This document shows positions 1 to 12,030 of a stretch of DNA of 64,000 nucleotides, one piece after another. Origin of the DNA: Raillietiella orientalis (lineage: Eukaryota). The notes beneath the pieces were generated by a model, which was not told the origin of the DNA, made no database searches, and was given only the letters and a program-made list of their open reading frames with translations. The DNA is taken from positions 310,001-374,000 of the forward strand of contig JAYWIR010000006.1 of the NCBI GenBank assembly GCA_036172245.1. The letters run 5' to 3'. The stretch's first letter is position 1. Each line of letters begins with the position of its first letter. Both the position numbers and the translations under genes were made by a program.

Positions 1-837
1 CGCGCCTGGCGGCCTCTCACGCTCACGCGCGCAGCGTGTCGACGAAGCGACCGGGAGATCCTCCTCCGGCAATCGGACGACGCTCGCGCTCAGCAGCCTG
101 AGGTCGACGAGTTGAGCTCGTCCTTGAACACAGGCGGCTGGTCGACCCGCGAACCTGGGGTGGCAGGCGCCTCGTTAACCACGTCGTCTTGGACGACCAC
201 TTATTGTTTGCAGGTGAGACGCAGGAGCAGGTAAAGGTCATCAGCGTGCGATCATCCCGAGATCGAGCTTCTCCCGCCTGGGAAGGCGCCTCCACGGAGC
301 ATCCAGTGGCCACCAGGAGACTGACTGATCCTCCCGGAAGCGAAGAAGGTGCTTAGCGGCTTGTTGGGGGGCTCCTCTACCGAGGAACTCCGCAACACTT
401 CTCGGCCCACCAACCGCCCATCAGCTTCGGGGGGAGCAGTCCGCAGCAGCAGCGCCTTCCTACGGGCTCCCTCTCTCTCGGCTTGCGGACACTCGAAGAT
501 TCACGGGGAACCGCGCTGCGGCCGGGAGGGAGAGCGGGTGGTCCGGGGCGCCATGCCTGCCGGACAAATCCGGCCGGCAGCTACTGGCCCCCGCTGAGGC
601 ACGACGACCCTCTGCGTGCAGCCCATGTTGCAGGTCTTCGTGAGGCATTGGCTTCTGGGAGGTGCTTCCGGGAGGGAGGAGCAGCGCGCAACGTGTCCCG
701 GGTCCCCCCACTGGACACATTCGGCTCATTTTGAAAAAGCATCCAGATACATGCGCACCTCAGTATCCCCCTGGTGCAAACCCCCATCTGAAAGATGACT
801 GACCAACAGCGTGATGTGTAGTGACAGTGTTGACGCA

Positions 838-1600
838 AATTGGCGACGGTCGTGCAGAAACACTGGGCTGCTCGTCGTTTCTCTCGTTGTGTTGTGGAAA
901 AAAAGCTGTGCTAAGATGAATGTGCCCTTCCACTTGTTGGACTGGCGAAAGTTCGAGTATGGAATTCTAATATGTTTATTAGAGCCAACTAGACATTTCG
1001 ACGCGGCGGGCTTACAAACATCTGAGAATCTGGAAATGTCGAGGGAGAGGCAGGAACCTGTGGAAAATCTCCTCGCACTCCCTCTTCCTGTAATTCCTAA
1101 TCTTTCGCACGATCATAGAGCTCCGAATATCTCATTCTGCCTACGTTTCTGTGTGATGGAAGGGCGCGCACGAGATGCTGCGCTGTTCCGCCGCCGGAAA
1201 CTCATGCCGTTTGAAGGATGCCAAACGAGTTCCTCCTGAATACAGATGGGGCAGCAAATGTCAGTGTTGGTGGGGATTTTCGGTGTTGCTGAACTTCAAT
1301 GCTGAAGGGATGCTGTTCAGAGCAACCCTGCTATTTTTCCGCGGACACCGTGTACTTGCAAACCGTTTTTCCACTCCCATCCGGGTTGCCCTCCCACGGA
1401 AGGGCGTGGTGTAAAAAGAGTGGTGTTGGTCCCGTTGGCCGCACCTTGATTCGACCTGCAGCAGCTCCTTCGAAAACTCTGCAGCACGTTCCACATCGCG
1501 ACTTTTTTGCTTGTCCTCGCGATCTCTTCTCGTTTTGAAGGCAGACCGGAGAATCCAAACTTGCGAGATCAGTTGCCGCCGAACACGATGGGTTAATTAA
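838..1600 (+). mobile_element. Degenerate Ty3/Gypsy-like gag remnant with putative PBS
   Basis: AATTGGCGACGG at ~838-849 resembles a PBS following a CA. Frameshifted peptides AGN..KDAKRVP, RFSTPIRV..RKG and PHRDFFAC resemble Gypsy gag FF.AN....KRVP, RF..R.Q..GE and LRDRFVCG. Confidence 0.45.
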
Positions 1601-1650
1601 TGCAAGCATTCCTCGCTCATAAGGTAAATTCTACGTTCTGTGTGTAGAAA

Positions 1651-2163
1651 TAAGCCTTTTTCGAAGATGGATGTAGGGGCTTTAGCGTGGACAGTGGATG
1701 AGAAACAAACAAAGGAGAGTTGAATACTTCGGTGATAGTAATGTTGGAGGTCTTTCAGTTATTCCTCGTCCTCGAGGGAGACTCACTTTTTTAAATAACT
1801 GTAATCGTCACTTCGATCACCTAGAAGAAATTATATACCTATATATATATTATATATGTATGAAGATTAATATATATCATGAAGATCATGGAATATGCTT
1901 ATTACACAAACTTATGTGTTTCTGTATGCTCATTACTGTACTCTGACTGGAAGCTTCAATTACGTTTTGCTAGCAAAATTATTTTCTTCTAGGTGATCGA
2001 AGTGACGATTACAGTTATTTAAAAAAGTGAGTCTTCCTCGAGGACGAGGAAATAACTGAATGACCTCCAACATTACTATCACCGAAGTATTCAACTCTCC
2101 TTTGTTTGTTTCTCATCCACTGTCCACGCTAAAGCCCCTACATCCATCTTCGAAAAAGGCTTA
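1651..2163. mobile_element. MITE/foldback element with ~180-bp terminal inverted repeats, flanked by TA
   Basis: 1651-1830 is the reverse complement of 1983-2163, with 2 substitutions and 1 indel by my alignment. The ~150-bp spacer is AT/(TA)n-rich. TA occurs at 1651-52 and 2162-63, consistent with a Tc1/mariner-type TSD. Confidence 0.8.
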
Positions 2164-2619
2164 CACATATGTAAATTGGTCATCTTTATATATATATTTA
2201 CATATATATATGTATAAAGGTTAACATATGAATATATAAAGAAAGATGAATAGTATTTCTAATAATACACAGGACACACATATACATATGAATGTACATA
2301 ATAAGTACATATTTTGGTCTACAGTGAATAGTCCAAAACCGTGCTACGTGATTATTCCACAGATTAATAAACGCAAAATACTACTGTAAATATTTATGTT
2401 AATAAATACGAATAACTGTGCCTACTAAAATGAATTGTACATTAATCTGCGGTGAATAAGTGTGTAGTTAATTTTATATGATCTTTCGGGATTTTGGTCC
2501 AGATGCATTCCGCTTGCCTATTTTTTTTTTTTTTTCCGAGTACACATGTGGCAATTAACACATTTACGAACTTAGGGACAACTATTATGGAGTTTTCATA
2601 GGATCATACGATTCGTTTC

Positions 2620-4200
2620 AAAATTATTATGAGCCACTTAATGGATAGGGAATAACAAAAAGTAACCTACGAAATTGATGAGGTGCTGTGGAGTGCGATG
2701 TTGATGCTGGGCATGTTAGAGTGAGGAGTCTGCCAGAAATTTGCCTAAAATGTTTCTTAAGGAAATAATTTTTTCGTGACTGATCACAATCAAAGTGAAT
2801 CGAAAGGATAAACAGCTGCCGTACTCGGAACCACAGTGCGCTGATCCCCGGAATGGGTGGCACAGATTTGAATCGAGCAGAGCTGCCTGATTTTAGAATA
2901 CCGTATTTCATGTTGTGGTGAGTGATCCACGGGGAGAATTTCGAGGTTCGAGATAATCCTCCCAGCTATGTGTCATGATTATAGGAGAACCGCAAGGTGG
3001 AAGAAGAAGAAGCACAAACGAACCACTGTGGATAACGGATGGACTGTGAGAAGCTCAAATGTATCTAAAGACAGGAATCGAGGATTCCGATGCAGTTAGG
3101 GCTGAGGAGATGGAACTGCAGTGTTGGGAAGTGAGGGAGGGAAGGGTTAGGATGTGGTAAACCTGGATTGGTTTCAACATCGAGGCTGCCACAGTCACGC
3201 AACGTTGATACTTTCTTTAATGGGCTATTTTGAAGTGCCTCAAGCGAAACCTCGTGACCACATGATCCTGAGGTTTCGCATGCTTGGATCTGGCCATTCT
3301 GCAACATGGAAGCCTATATTGCTGACGACATTACCGAAACATTCATCTTATTCCTCGCAAGCGTGGTTTTAAACTGAGCTGGCCACACTTTTCGTACCTC
3401 ATCACGGAGTGGGAAACCGCAATCATGCCATTAGCCTAATATGTGCACCAATTGCACGGTTTAGCTTTTAACTGTGATACATAAATTTACATTGAAACAC
3501 ATAGGAGATATCTACCCCAGTTTGGCAATATTTAATAAAAGTGACCAGAAGCCATTTATGGAGGCACAGATTGGAAACTGCCGCGCCTTCCATTAGTCGC
3601 TTACTGATTTTGCTTCAGTTTCTCCTCTTTAGATGACCAACGCAAGCTCTCAGAGCACAACGGTAGTGCAGCCACCGCGACGTTCGCGTCACCTTTGACA
3701 CCACATTCGAGTTGAAATTTCTGGGTGACCGACGCCATCTTCCGAGAACACTGGTCCTTCCAAATATGGCCTGGGACTTTTCCAGAAAGCCCCGGGCTAA
3801 GCAAAATAAAGCTATCCGCTTATATACGTATATAATTCCAGTTAGCTTGCTCGACATGACCGCAGAATCATCAGGGCAAACGCAGCGAACCGAGTTTAAA
3901 CCTTCCTGCAGTTGTATCTTGACAGGGTTTTCCGAAATTGAGAAGCATGCCGGGAATTTACCAAAAATGGACCACAGATGAATGCAGGAGGTGCATCTTC
4001 CAGGACATTGAGATGCAGTATTGAAAAGCAGAAGTTTTGACATTTCCACAAATCTGTGAAAAAATGATCCTTATGTTCCATCTTACTATCACTCAAATAA
4101 CCAGATTCATTGCTTAGGTTCATCGACTGCCAAAAAACTTGGCAGGGATGCGGGTCTTCCCTGGATCAGGTTTCAGTGGTACCTCATCAGAGACAACATT
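2620..4200 (-). mobile_element. Highly degenerate LINE fragments (APE-like ~2620-3370; RT N-terminal-like ~3590-4200)
   Basis: Frameshifted motifs resemble APE (THSW....WITHHNM..LKSGSS) and RT region 0-2 (IWKD..., VAALP). There are many stops. Confidence 0.3.
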
Positions 4201-4318
4201 CAAAATAAAAAATAAAAGAACAAAAATCCAATAGGGCACAACACTCTGCATGCCACCAAACAATAGTGAACCATAATGTGCCAATGTGACCAACACCCAT
4301 CCAGCATCAATAACTTCC

Positions 4319-5539
4319 TTTTTTTACGGACCATGCATTTTGATATAATTAACCTTACATTTCTTTCCGCCTTTTCCAGGTTTGCATAACATGAATGCGA
4401 ACTTGAAGTGTTCAAGAAAAGGTTTGTGCCCACTTTCACAGCACCAGCTAAAAACACTCTCCTTACCTAAGCATATTAACAAAAGTTTTTACTTTTAACT
4501 TTTTCTCAAAAACGGAAGTAGGACACCTCACTGATGGATAACAGCAAGACAATTAATTGCAATGCTCAACAAGTTAAATGCTAGCAATAATACAAGAAAC
4601 TACTCAGCAAGCAACCAAAGTATGTCATTGATTCTTGTCAATCTGATTCCAATAAACTTTCGTTTTTTCCTAAATGCAATGCCTTTCAACCAACACCAAA
4701 AACGTTGTGGCAACCTTCCTAAGATGCCAAAAGTTCACCTAACACCAAGCACCTCAAAATGCTCCTAACATATACCAAGTGATCAGCAGAAACATCACAA
4801 GCATATCAATTACTCCATGAATGCTACTTGTTCACAATCCTCAAATACACCCTAGAAACCAATTCAGAAGGCATTCACATTTCCATGCAGAACCCTTTCT
4901 CCACCTTTCCAAATGTTGAAAACATTCAGCAGCCCTACATGAACTCAACTAAGCAGACATGTAAAAACGATGCTCCCTATGGGAAGCATATTAAATGCAT
5001 CACTCATACATGATCAGCACACCAATTAAACCAAAGAACCTTTGCCATAAACAGAAGCTTTAGTTTCTCAACATAAAATTTAGTAAACTGTAAAAATATA
5101 GTAATTTAGAGTAAACTGTTCCATACTATGCATTCAAAGATCCAGAAGCAAAATCAACTTCAAAGTACATTCAAACTAGGGCAGTCCATGCACAGCATGA
5201 CAAAAAAGCATGCATGGAGCAGTGACAGCACAGACCAATGAACAATGCTGACAGAAACACAAATGCATGGAATGGAATGTGACATTTCATCTTTCCTTAT
5301 CCAACAAGACATGGATGCTAAAACTTTGCAACATCTGGCACTACTCAAAGTGCCAGCACATTCAAAGTAACAAAAATGAAGGAACTCAATACTTAAACTA
5401 CAAAGCCATTTCTTTATGATAACAAGGAAATGCACTTTTCTGCTTCAATTATCAAAATAATCAACATGACTCCCAGACTCAAAGCTGTTGCTTGTCAGCA
5501 AACTTATAAGTTTACTGACTGTTTCTTCACACGTAAGAA
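4319..5539. repeat. Segment A: SPR C-terminus plus downstream region, duplicated in inverted orientation at 29720-30937
   Basis: Direct reverse-complement alignment. ORFs 4562-4768/30488-30694 and 5160-5435/29907-30095 are near-identical. Confidence 0.95.
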
Positions 5540-6236
5540 CAACAGGAAATGGAGAATCAGAACCCTCTTCTGTCAGAATGGGTAATACATCATTATACAT
5601 GTCTGTTTTCACTGGACCAGGAGCATAATTTAATACCCTGCATGCTGGTTCTTGCATCTGCCTTTCCAATGCCAGGTTCCTAAAGAATGCATCTCTGCTG
5701 GCTTTACCTGCACAATAATAACCCAGTTTGCGAAAAGCACGCAGGGCTAATATAGATGACATGTTTACAACAGTAAACCCATCAACCACATGATGCTTCA
5801 TCATCTTCATAAATGCTGCATTCAAAACCAATGGAGCATTGACATTCAAGTCAAAGTAATGTCGGAATGCATCTGGGTCTCTCATCATTTCCGTTTCAAC
5901 TGCTGGAAAAATGGTACCAGCATTATGCACTATCAATGCGTGTTGAAATTTCTCCAGTTCAGATCCAAATTTCACCACACTATTCCAAATAACCTTTTCA
6001 TAGAGGGATGCATCTGGTACAGAAAAGTCAATGGATTCTGTGCATACGCTGACATGAGGAGCTACTTTCTCCATCTGTTCCTTGGTTTTCTCTAAATTAT
6101 CTGTATTTCTTGCGAGCAGCAAAAACACAGACTTCTCGCCCACGAGCTTACTAAACTCAATGGCAATAGTCTGACCAATGCCACGTGAAGCACCTGTCAC
6201 AACACAGTACATTCGTTGCTTCCAATTGAAATCCAT
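5445..6236 (-). CDS. SPR: Sepiapterin reductase (classical SDR), 263 aa, CDS without introns
   Basis: TGASRGIG Rossmann motif, HNAG, catalytic YCAGK (YxxxK), VLNYAPGP and a C-terminal FESGSHVDYFD typical of SPR. Confidence 0.92.
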   Translation of the reverse strand: MDFNWKQRMYCVVTGASRGIGQTIAIEFSKLVGEKSVFLLLARNTDNLEKTKEQMEKVAPHVSVCTESIDFSVPDASLYEKVIWNSVVKFGSELEKFQHALIVHNAGTIFPAVETEMMRDPDAFRHYFDLNVNAPLVLNAAFMKMMKHHVVDGFTVVNMSSILALRAFRKLGYYCAGKASRDAFFRNLALERQMQEPACRVLNYAPGPVKTDMYNDVLPILTEEGSDSPFPVVLTCEETVSKLISLLTSNSFESGSHVDYFDN

Positions 6237-6239
6237 GTT

Positions 6240-6330
6240 CTAAAACCAAACCATTCACACATAGTTGTTAAGCAAAGCAGTTATTCAGACCCGATACCAT
6301 ATTCCGAAAAAGAATCCACTAGAAACTCAC
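6240..6330 (-). other. Putative 5'-UTR intron or trans-splice acceptor of SPR
   Basis: The minus strand reads AG|GTGAGT at 6330 and TTTTAG|AAC ATG at 6240. The upstream exon has stops in all three frames. Confidence 0.5.
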
Positions 6331-6999
6331 CTTCTGATTTTTCTAAACTGACGGCTTGTTCATCTGGTGGCAACCATCAAGAATCAAAACTAGGAGTAGG
6401 CTTCAAAGTCGACTTATCTTCAACAGATTCGGTCATTAACACTTTGAATGGAATCAAACGAATCGATGACGTTGCCACTGCTATCTGTTGCTGTTGATGC
6501 TTTGACGACGTCCTGCAGCCCTCGAAACGGCTGCCTGCATCATTCCCAGCAACGCACTGGCACGCAGCTCAAAAGAAATGCCCACGGCTAACACACTCTC
6601 GGAAGAATATCGTGCAAGCCAAAACGCATAAACATTTCCTCCTTGTCCTGAGATTCATCCCATCTCCCTTCCCCAACATGAAACCATGTTGGAATCGTGT
6701 TCTCTCGATCACGAATCGGAAAGCAGGAGAAAGCACACGAAACGAAAGGGTCGTTTATCTGAACCAAGAAATTGACATGTCAATTTACCGTTCTGTTGGC
6801 AGGAGAAAGCGAATGACAGCAATCACGAGTCGACGGGAAGGATTCAAGTAACCGTGCAACTGGGCATCGGCTTCCGGAAGACGAGCTACGAGGGAGAACC
6901 TCCGCCATCGTCCCGGACAGTTTCTTGACATGAACATCAAGCATCCATTTTGTACGTCGTGCTGCGATGGCAAGGGCCACTCTTCGTCCTTTCCGTTTG

Positions 7000-7735
7000 T
7001 CCATCCACCTTTTTTGAGGGTCTTCCCTGGGTCTTCATTTCTTCCGTCAGGTCACCCATCGCAACTACGCCTCCTTCCAATGGACTCTGTTTCAGGAAAC
7101 GGCAGCTGTCAACAAAAACACCCGTTGACCTGTTTCAAGAATTTCGCACGAACCGAAGGGGACGCAAAGAATTCTTATCGGAACGCATCAAAATACGACA
7201 CCCTTGCACTGAAGAACCCTTTTTCCACTTTGAACTTTGCATCGCCAGCAAGTGGTCCTCGCCGAAAGTTCACGCGTCCGGACGACAACCGAGACTCAGG
7301 TCACGGGTAGCAGCAAGTCACCTGCGCACCTCGAAAGGGTGCCTCGCGGTGGCACACAAGCGTGGAGAATCCTCTCAGCTGAAGAACCGTCGTCGTCACC
7401 ATGCAAGAATTCAAGATGAAGAAAGCAACCTTTAGAAAACAATATTGCCATTTCATGCAAACTCGTACATCCATCAGGGCTGCGTCGCTGAGTGCCGATC
7501 GAAATCGGCAATGAGCGGTTCATGGAGACATCATCGAAATTTCGTGCGAAGGGATACGCTCGTTTCGATTCCATGGGTGGAAAGGTTCCGTATTCAAACT
7601 TGCAGCGTAAGCACACTTCCTCAATCAAACCAAGGTTCCACCTTCAGTCGGTGGGTCTCTTTCCGAAACCGAGCCCAAGTCTCTGTGACGAATTCATCTC
7701 GGTTCCTTCTTAACGGTTTCGTGAAACCTTAGCAC
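7000..7735 (+). mobile_element. Degenerate 3' end (RLE domain) of an R2/NeSL-like non-LTR retrotransposon
   Basis: PIEIGNERFMETSSKFRAKGY resembles RLE PFENG..AF..AR..K..KY. It is preceded by RRRHHARI (RHN-like) and followed by an AT-rich tail. Confidence 0.35.
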
Positions 7736-7899
7736 GAAATATTTTTAGTATTAATTAAATAAATTTAGAATTTAATTGTCTTAAAAATAAGAAGTACTTT
7801 GTGGACACTCTACTCGAAGAAGATGACCGCATCCCTCGTCCTCATCCCTGTTCCTATCCATTCTTCCCGTTGTCCTGCTTGCTCCCTATTTCGAAAACA

Positions 7900-8830
7900 T
7901 GAACCCTTTGCTTCTTCTTTCAGTAGGATTCTAGTGAAATAAGAGAACCACACAACTCACTTCCAGCGACGTGAGTACGCGGCGTGCTGTTTGCTTAAGT
8001 TTGCTGATCAATCTCCACGCCTCTCAAATGGATTTGTATCACTGAGCACTTTGTGCCACTGAAGCACGAATTTGAAATGCTTCAAACGAACGGAGAACGA
8101 AGCATTTTCTGAACAGAATTCCAATTTGCTCCTTGCTGAAGAGCATTCATGCCCTTCTTGAATATCCCCTGAACGTCTTAACTTTGGAGAAGCTTATGGA
8201 GAGACTTGAAAAACTTACAGAAGTTGAAGTGCTATCGAAAAGACATAACTCAAGGAATCAAGAACCCATCCTTGGATGTACATCAAAAGGCACAGAGAGT
8301 GGAGACAACCATTCCTCTTCCAGAAATTCTGCAGCCCCAAATGCCAAACTGCGTACCTCAAATCGGAGGGTCTCAGTGATTCGAAATGGATGCCTCCTCC
8401 GTGTGCAACTGCATTTCGTTCCATAAGAGTGTAGATCGCAGTCGTTTTTCACGAATGGACCTCTTCACTCGTTTGCTTTGGGTGTGAGTGCAACGTGATT
8501 CGAGTCGACGAGATGAAGATTTACTTTGGTGTTGATGCATTTCCAGTTTTCCACGGCCAAGTGCTTAACGTTTTTAGAATCTTCATGATAGAAAATTATG
8601 ACCAACATGCACTTGCACGTCGAATGATTCTCTGAAATCCGTGAAAGCGGGACGAAATTGAGCAACAGCAGCTGCAATGATCTCCGTTTGCTACCACTAG
8701 CGATAGCAGATTCCTTTCCAGACACGTTCCAATGCGTGGAGGTTTGAGGATGCAACGATTCAAACGAGAGTATTCTACGGAGGAAATCCCAATCCATATC
8801 CCTTCTCTGTTGCCTTGTCGGACGCAGTCA
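7900..8830 (-). mobile_element. Degenerate LINE RT fragment (L1/Tx1-like)
   Basis: DWDFLRRILSF resembles V.W.FL..L..FG. SGSKRRSLQLLLLNFVPLSRI resembles GxRQGCPLSPLLF...EPL. Confidence 0.4.
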
Positions 8831-8899
8831 TCGCTTTTTCCCTGATGAAACGTCAGTGAAATTTCAAATGCAAGCCGTTTCCGAACTTACAGAGAGTGG

Positions 8900-10480
8900 C
8901 AAGTTCCCGAAAGGAAGGGAGAAAGCAACGATCTTGGATTCGAAGCATGCACAATGTTCGAAATTCAGGCGAGATGCAGCAATCCGATAAGAGGGAAGCA
9001 GAAGATGGAGTTTTTCACGGCAGAGCAAGGATGACCTGCTTGCAGCACTTGCTAACGTGATTTCGATTCCTGTGCCCTCCGCAACTTATCCCAGTGAGTC
9101 TTCCATCTTAACGCTGTGTCGGGAAGAGGCCAAGCAGCAGCTGGATATGGAAAAATTTGAAAAAGAGCTCCGGAGAACTGGCAGGTTGCTTGGGAAACGC
9201 TCGCACCGAATGCTCCACGAAAGACAAAGACGATACGTACGTACGTCAGAATTCCGCTCTTTGTAAAAAATTTCGAAACTGCGCGTGCGGTGTTGGACTC
9301 TCACTTTCGCGGTGCACGTTGGGACCCTTTCGTTCCGCGAGTGAACCCCCCGCTCATCCTTCAACGTGCCTTCGTGTTTTCTGTTTTGTTTTCGAGTGTT
9401 TCACGAAAGAAGTGCCCATTCCGGAAAACCAGTTCGACGCAAAATGGGCACACGCACAGGAAGAGCTTCGCCACCGCACGGAAGAAAAGACAGCAGCTTC
9501 AAGCAGTGTCTCGACAAATGCCCCGCGATCACACGCGGATCCGGAAGCAGGCGACAAGCGAAGAGCTCCATTTTTCGAGCTTCGTAGAAGTCGACCTGGA
9601 AAGCAGAAAAGGTTGGCTGCAATCATTGGCGTGTCAGCGGCGGAACCTCCGAAACAACACCAGATACCGATTCGGGCCAGCGAATCAGGGAAGCCAATTC
9701 AAACAGCTTGCGAAATGAACGGAGAAAGAAAGTATTTGTCGAAGCTGTTGACCACGTCTTCGCACCTAGGAAGAGAGGCTCCACCCATTTCGGATCAGGC
9801 AGAACAGCGCGCATGTAAACTCTTCCCGATTTCGTTGAAGCCTTCTTACTGTCAGTTGAACTCAGCTTTCTCCGCTCATGGATGCTGATCATTTCGACAA
9901 CGAAGCTGCAGCACGAATCCGCAAACTGACGAAATGGCCTTTCCATCAAAACGTTCGTGAGATTCGGCAGCTAAGATTTCCAAAAAGCCTGACGCGTCCA
10001 CATCCTATCCTGCATCTGATGGAAGCATCTCTCTTTTCGAAGCTTCCACGCTTCTCACCGTCGCTCGCCCACAAATTACCCTTCCTGAGTTTGCTGTCTG
10101 AAACTGACAGAGGACTGGCGGCTCTCTTCCGCAGGAAACTCTAGCGAAAGAGCGAGGCATAAAGAAAACACGCTGCCTTGTGCTCATCAGTCTCACGTTT
10201 CTTCGTCCTCTGTAGAGGAATTGAGATCGCTTTCGACCGCAATTCCTCTACAGTGCCTAACAGAAGAGTGCAATTCTACGAATCACTGCATTCGAAGGTA
10301 GAAAAGCTCCCGACGGCGCGCAGTTGTTCCTCACAGAGACTCCAGACACCGGTGTTTCATTTTCGAAGCTCGAACCAACAGCCAGCGAATGGCTCTAAAG
10401 ATCCGTGGATCACTGGGAACTTTTGCAGCCTGAACTGGTGATCAACTGCAGCTCGATAAGACATGAGCCCAAAGGGAATA
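8900..10480 (+). mobile_element. Degenerate non-LTR RT (R2/NeSL-like)
   Basis: Collinear decayed motifs: P..PSESSILT, LGPFRS (AFGSV-like), SSFVEVDLESRKGWLQSL (AFADDL..S...LQ.L), ERKYLS (YKYLG) and IRKLTKWP (thumb). Confidence 0.5.
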
Positions 10481-10739
10481 TCAATAACGACATCAAGAAA
10501 AAATTAACGTTTATCATTTTGAATAAAGAATAAAGGTGAGCTGCGCCCCGTTTCCGAGGTCGACCGTCAACCACCCTACTGCTGCCGCCTGTGATTTTGG
10601 CTTTCCAGCTGCCTCTGCTGCCCCTCTTGAAGTTGTAGCAAATTAAGGAAGACCTTCTGCATAACGAGCATAAGGGGCATAACGGAATCCGGATGGTTCT
10701 TTTATGGAGCCTTTTGCAGCGAAAACCAGCAGACCACGG

Positions 10740-11290
10740 TCACGGTGCCAGATGACCGACACTTCTGCCAACCCTGTTTCTGCTGACCCTACTGATAATT
10801 TCACCTCTGATGCCCCTGCCTCCAGAGGCGATGCTTCCGATGCTGGTGTTCACGTAGACGACACGGCAGCTGCGAAACTCTCGTCGCCTGTCCTGCAGAT
10901 GCTGCTGGTACTCCTACCGCCGTTGACAGTCCAGACTGCAATCGTGTCGATTGTGCTGCTCCCGCTGACGCTCGCGATGCCGCTGACGATATCTGTGCCG
11001 CTCCTGCTGCTGGTTCTGATACCAAAACTTCCACGGCAGACGATCCTTCTGAATTTCAGGAGGATTTCGGAAGCCCAGTGGTGAGCTGCGCCGTCTGCAG
11101 GAAGCTCTGGCGTGACCTGGCTCTCCGGGTCACGCCAGAGCACAATGCCCTGCGGACAGTGCCGGGAGGAATGCCAGAAAAAGTGCAAGCAGCTCCTGGC
11201 GGACTTAGCTGGGTACAGCGTTGCTGCTTCGACGCCGCTGTTCGCACCTCGTGGTCCTCGCGATGGTCAAAGGGGGACACCGGTCGTCGA
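10740..11290 (+). mobile_element. Possible Helitron/Helentron Rep-Hel N-terminal remnant
   Basis: An Ala/Asp-rich low-complexity tract is followed by EFQEDFGSPVVSCAVCRKLWRDL, which resembles the F..NPFG..C.VCDRLW...L motif of Helitron proteins. Confidence 0.35.
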
Positions 11291-11689
11291 CAGCTACAAC
11301 AGTCCACTACGAAGACTGCGAGCATCCCCGGATAGATGCGGACGCAGTCCTGCAAATGAATTTGACGATTCTTGACATCTCTGCGACACAAAAAGGAAAA
11401 CAAAAAAAGACATCTGCGATAAATTATTCTTAACTCCTCAAGAACCTCCTCTTATTCCTCAAGAACACGAAGGAAATCAAGTGACAATGATGAAAATCCT
11501 TCTGGGTTCTTTTGCTTTCTCTGTTTCCCTTCCAGCTTCCCTTTTTTTCTCCAGTTCGCCCAGTAATGAGGAACAGTTCGCCTGCTCAGGGGAGACTCAC
11601 AATGCTCTTTGAAGACGATCCACTCCATCCGACGCTGAGCGCAACATCAGTAAGGGGGCACTCCAAGAGAGAAAAACCTTATGGATCCA

Positions 11690-12030
11690 GGGAGACTCCG
11701 TAGGAAAGAGTCCGTTTTTCTTGCGCTTGCTAGGGGAATCCCGAAAGGAACCGTCGCCTTGATTGTCTCCGAAGCGAATCCCAAAGGGAACCTCTTCCTT
11801 ATTCTCTCCTTATGGATCTCCCAGAAGGGGTCGCTCCTCGTTTTTTCTCCAAAGGGAAATCAGAAAGGATCCACTCCTGGAATTTCCTCTCCAAAGGAAA
11901 CTTACATGGGAACCGCTCCTTGTTTACTCCCCTGGAAAGAACCAGAAGAGTCGCTTCCCAATATCGCCGAAGGGCGCTTCCCGGAAGAGAGCAGCGTGCT
12001 TCTGGCACCCTGGAAAGGCAACACCCCGAG
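11690..12030. repeat. Degenerate ~39-bp tandem repeat, about 8 units
   Basis: Units such as gcgaatcccaaagggaacctcttccttattctctcctta, tggatctcccagaaggggtcgctcctcgttttttctcca and aaggaaacttacatgggaaccgctccttgtttactcccc recur at 39-42 nt spacing. Confidence 0.55.

Noticed and set aside
1..810. GC-rich stretch with several overlapping ORFs
   Set aside because: No recognisable motif. It may be a retroelement 5' region, but I cannot support that.
11690..12030. CRISPR-like array
   Set aside because: No identical repeats with unique spacers, no cas genes, and the context is eukaryotic.
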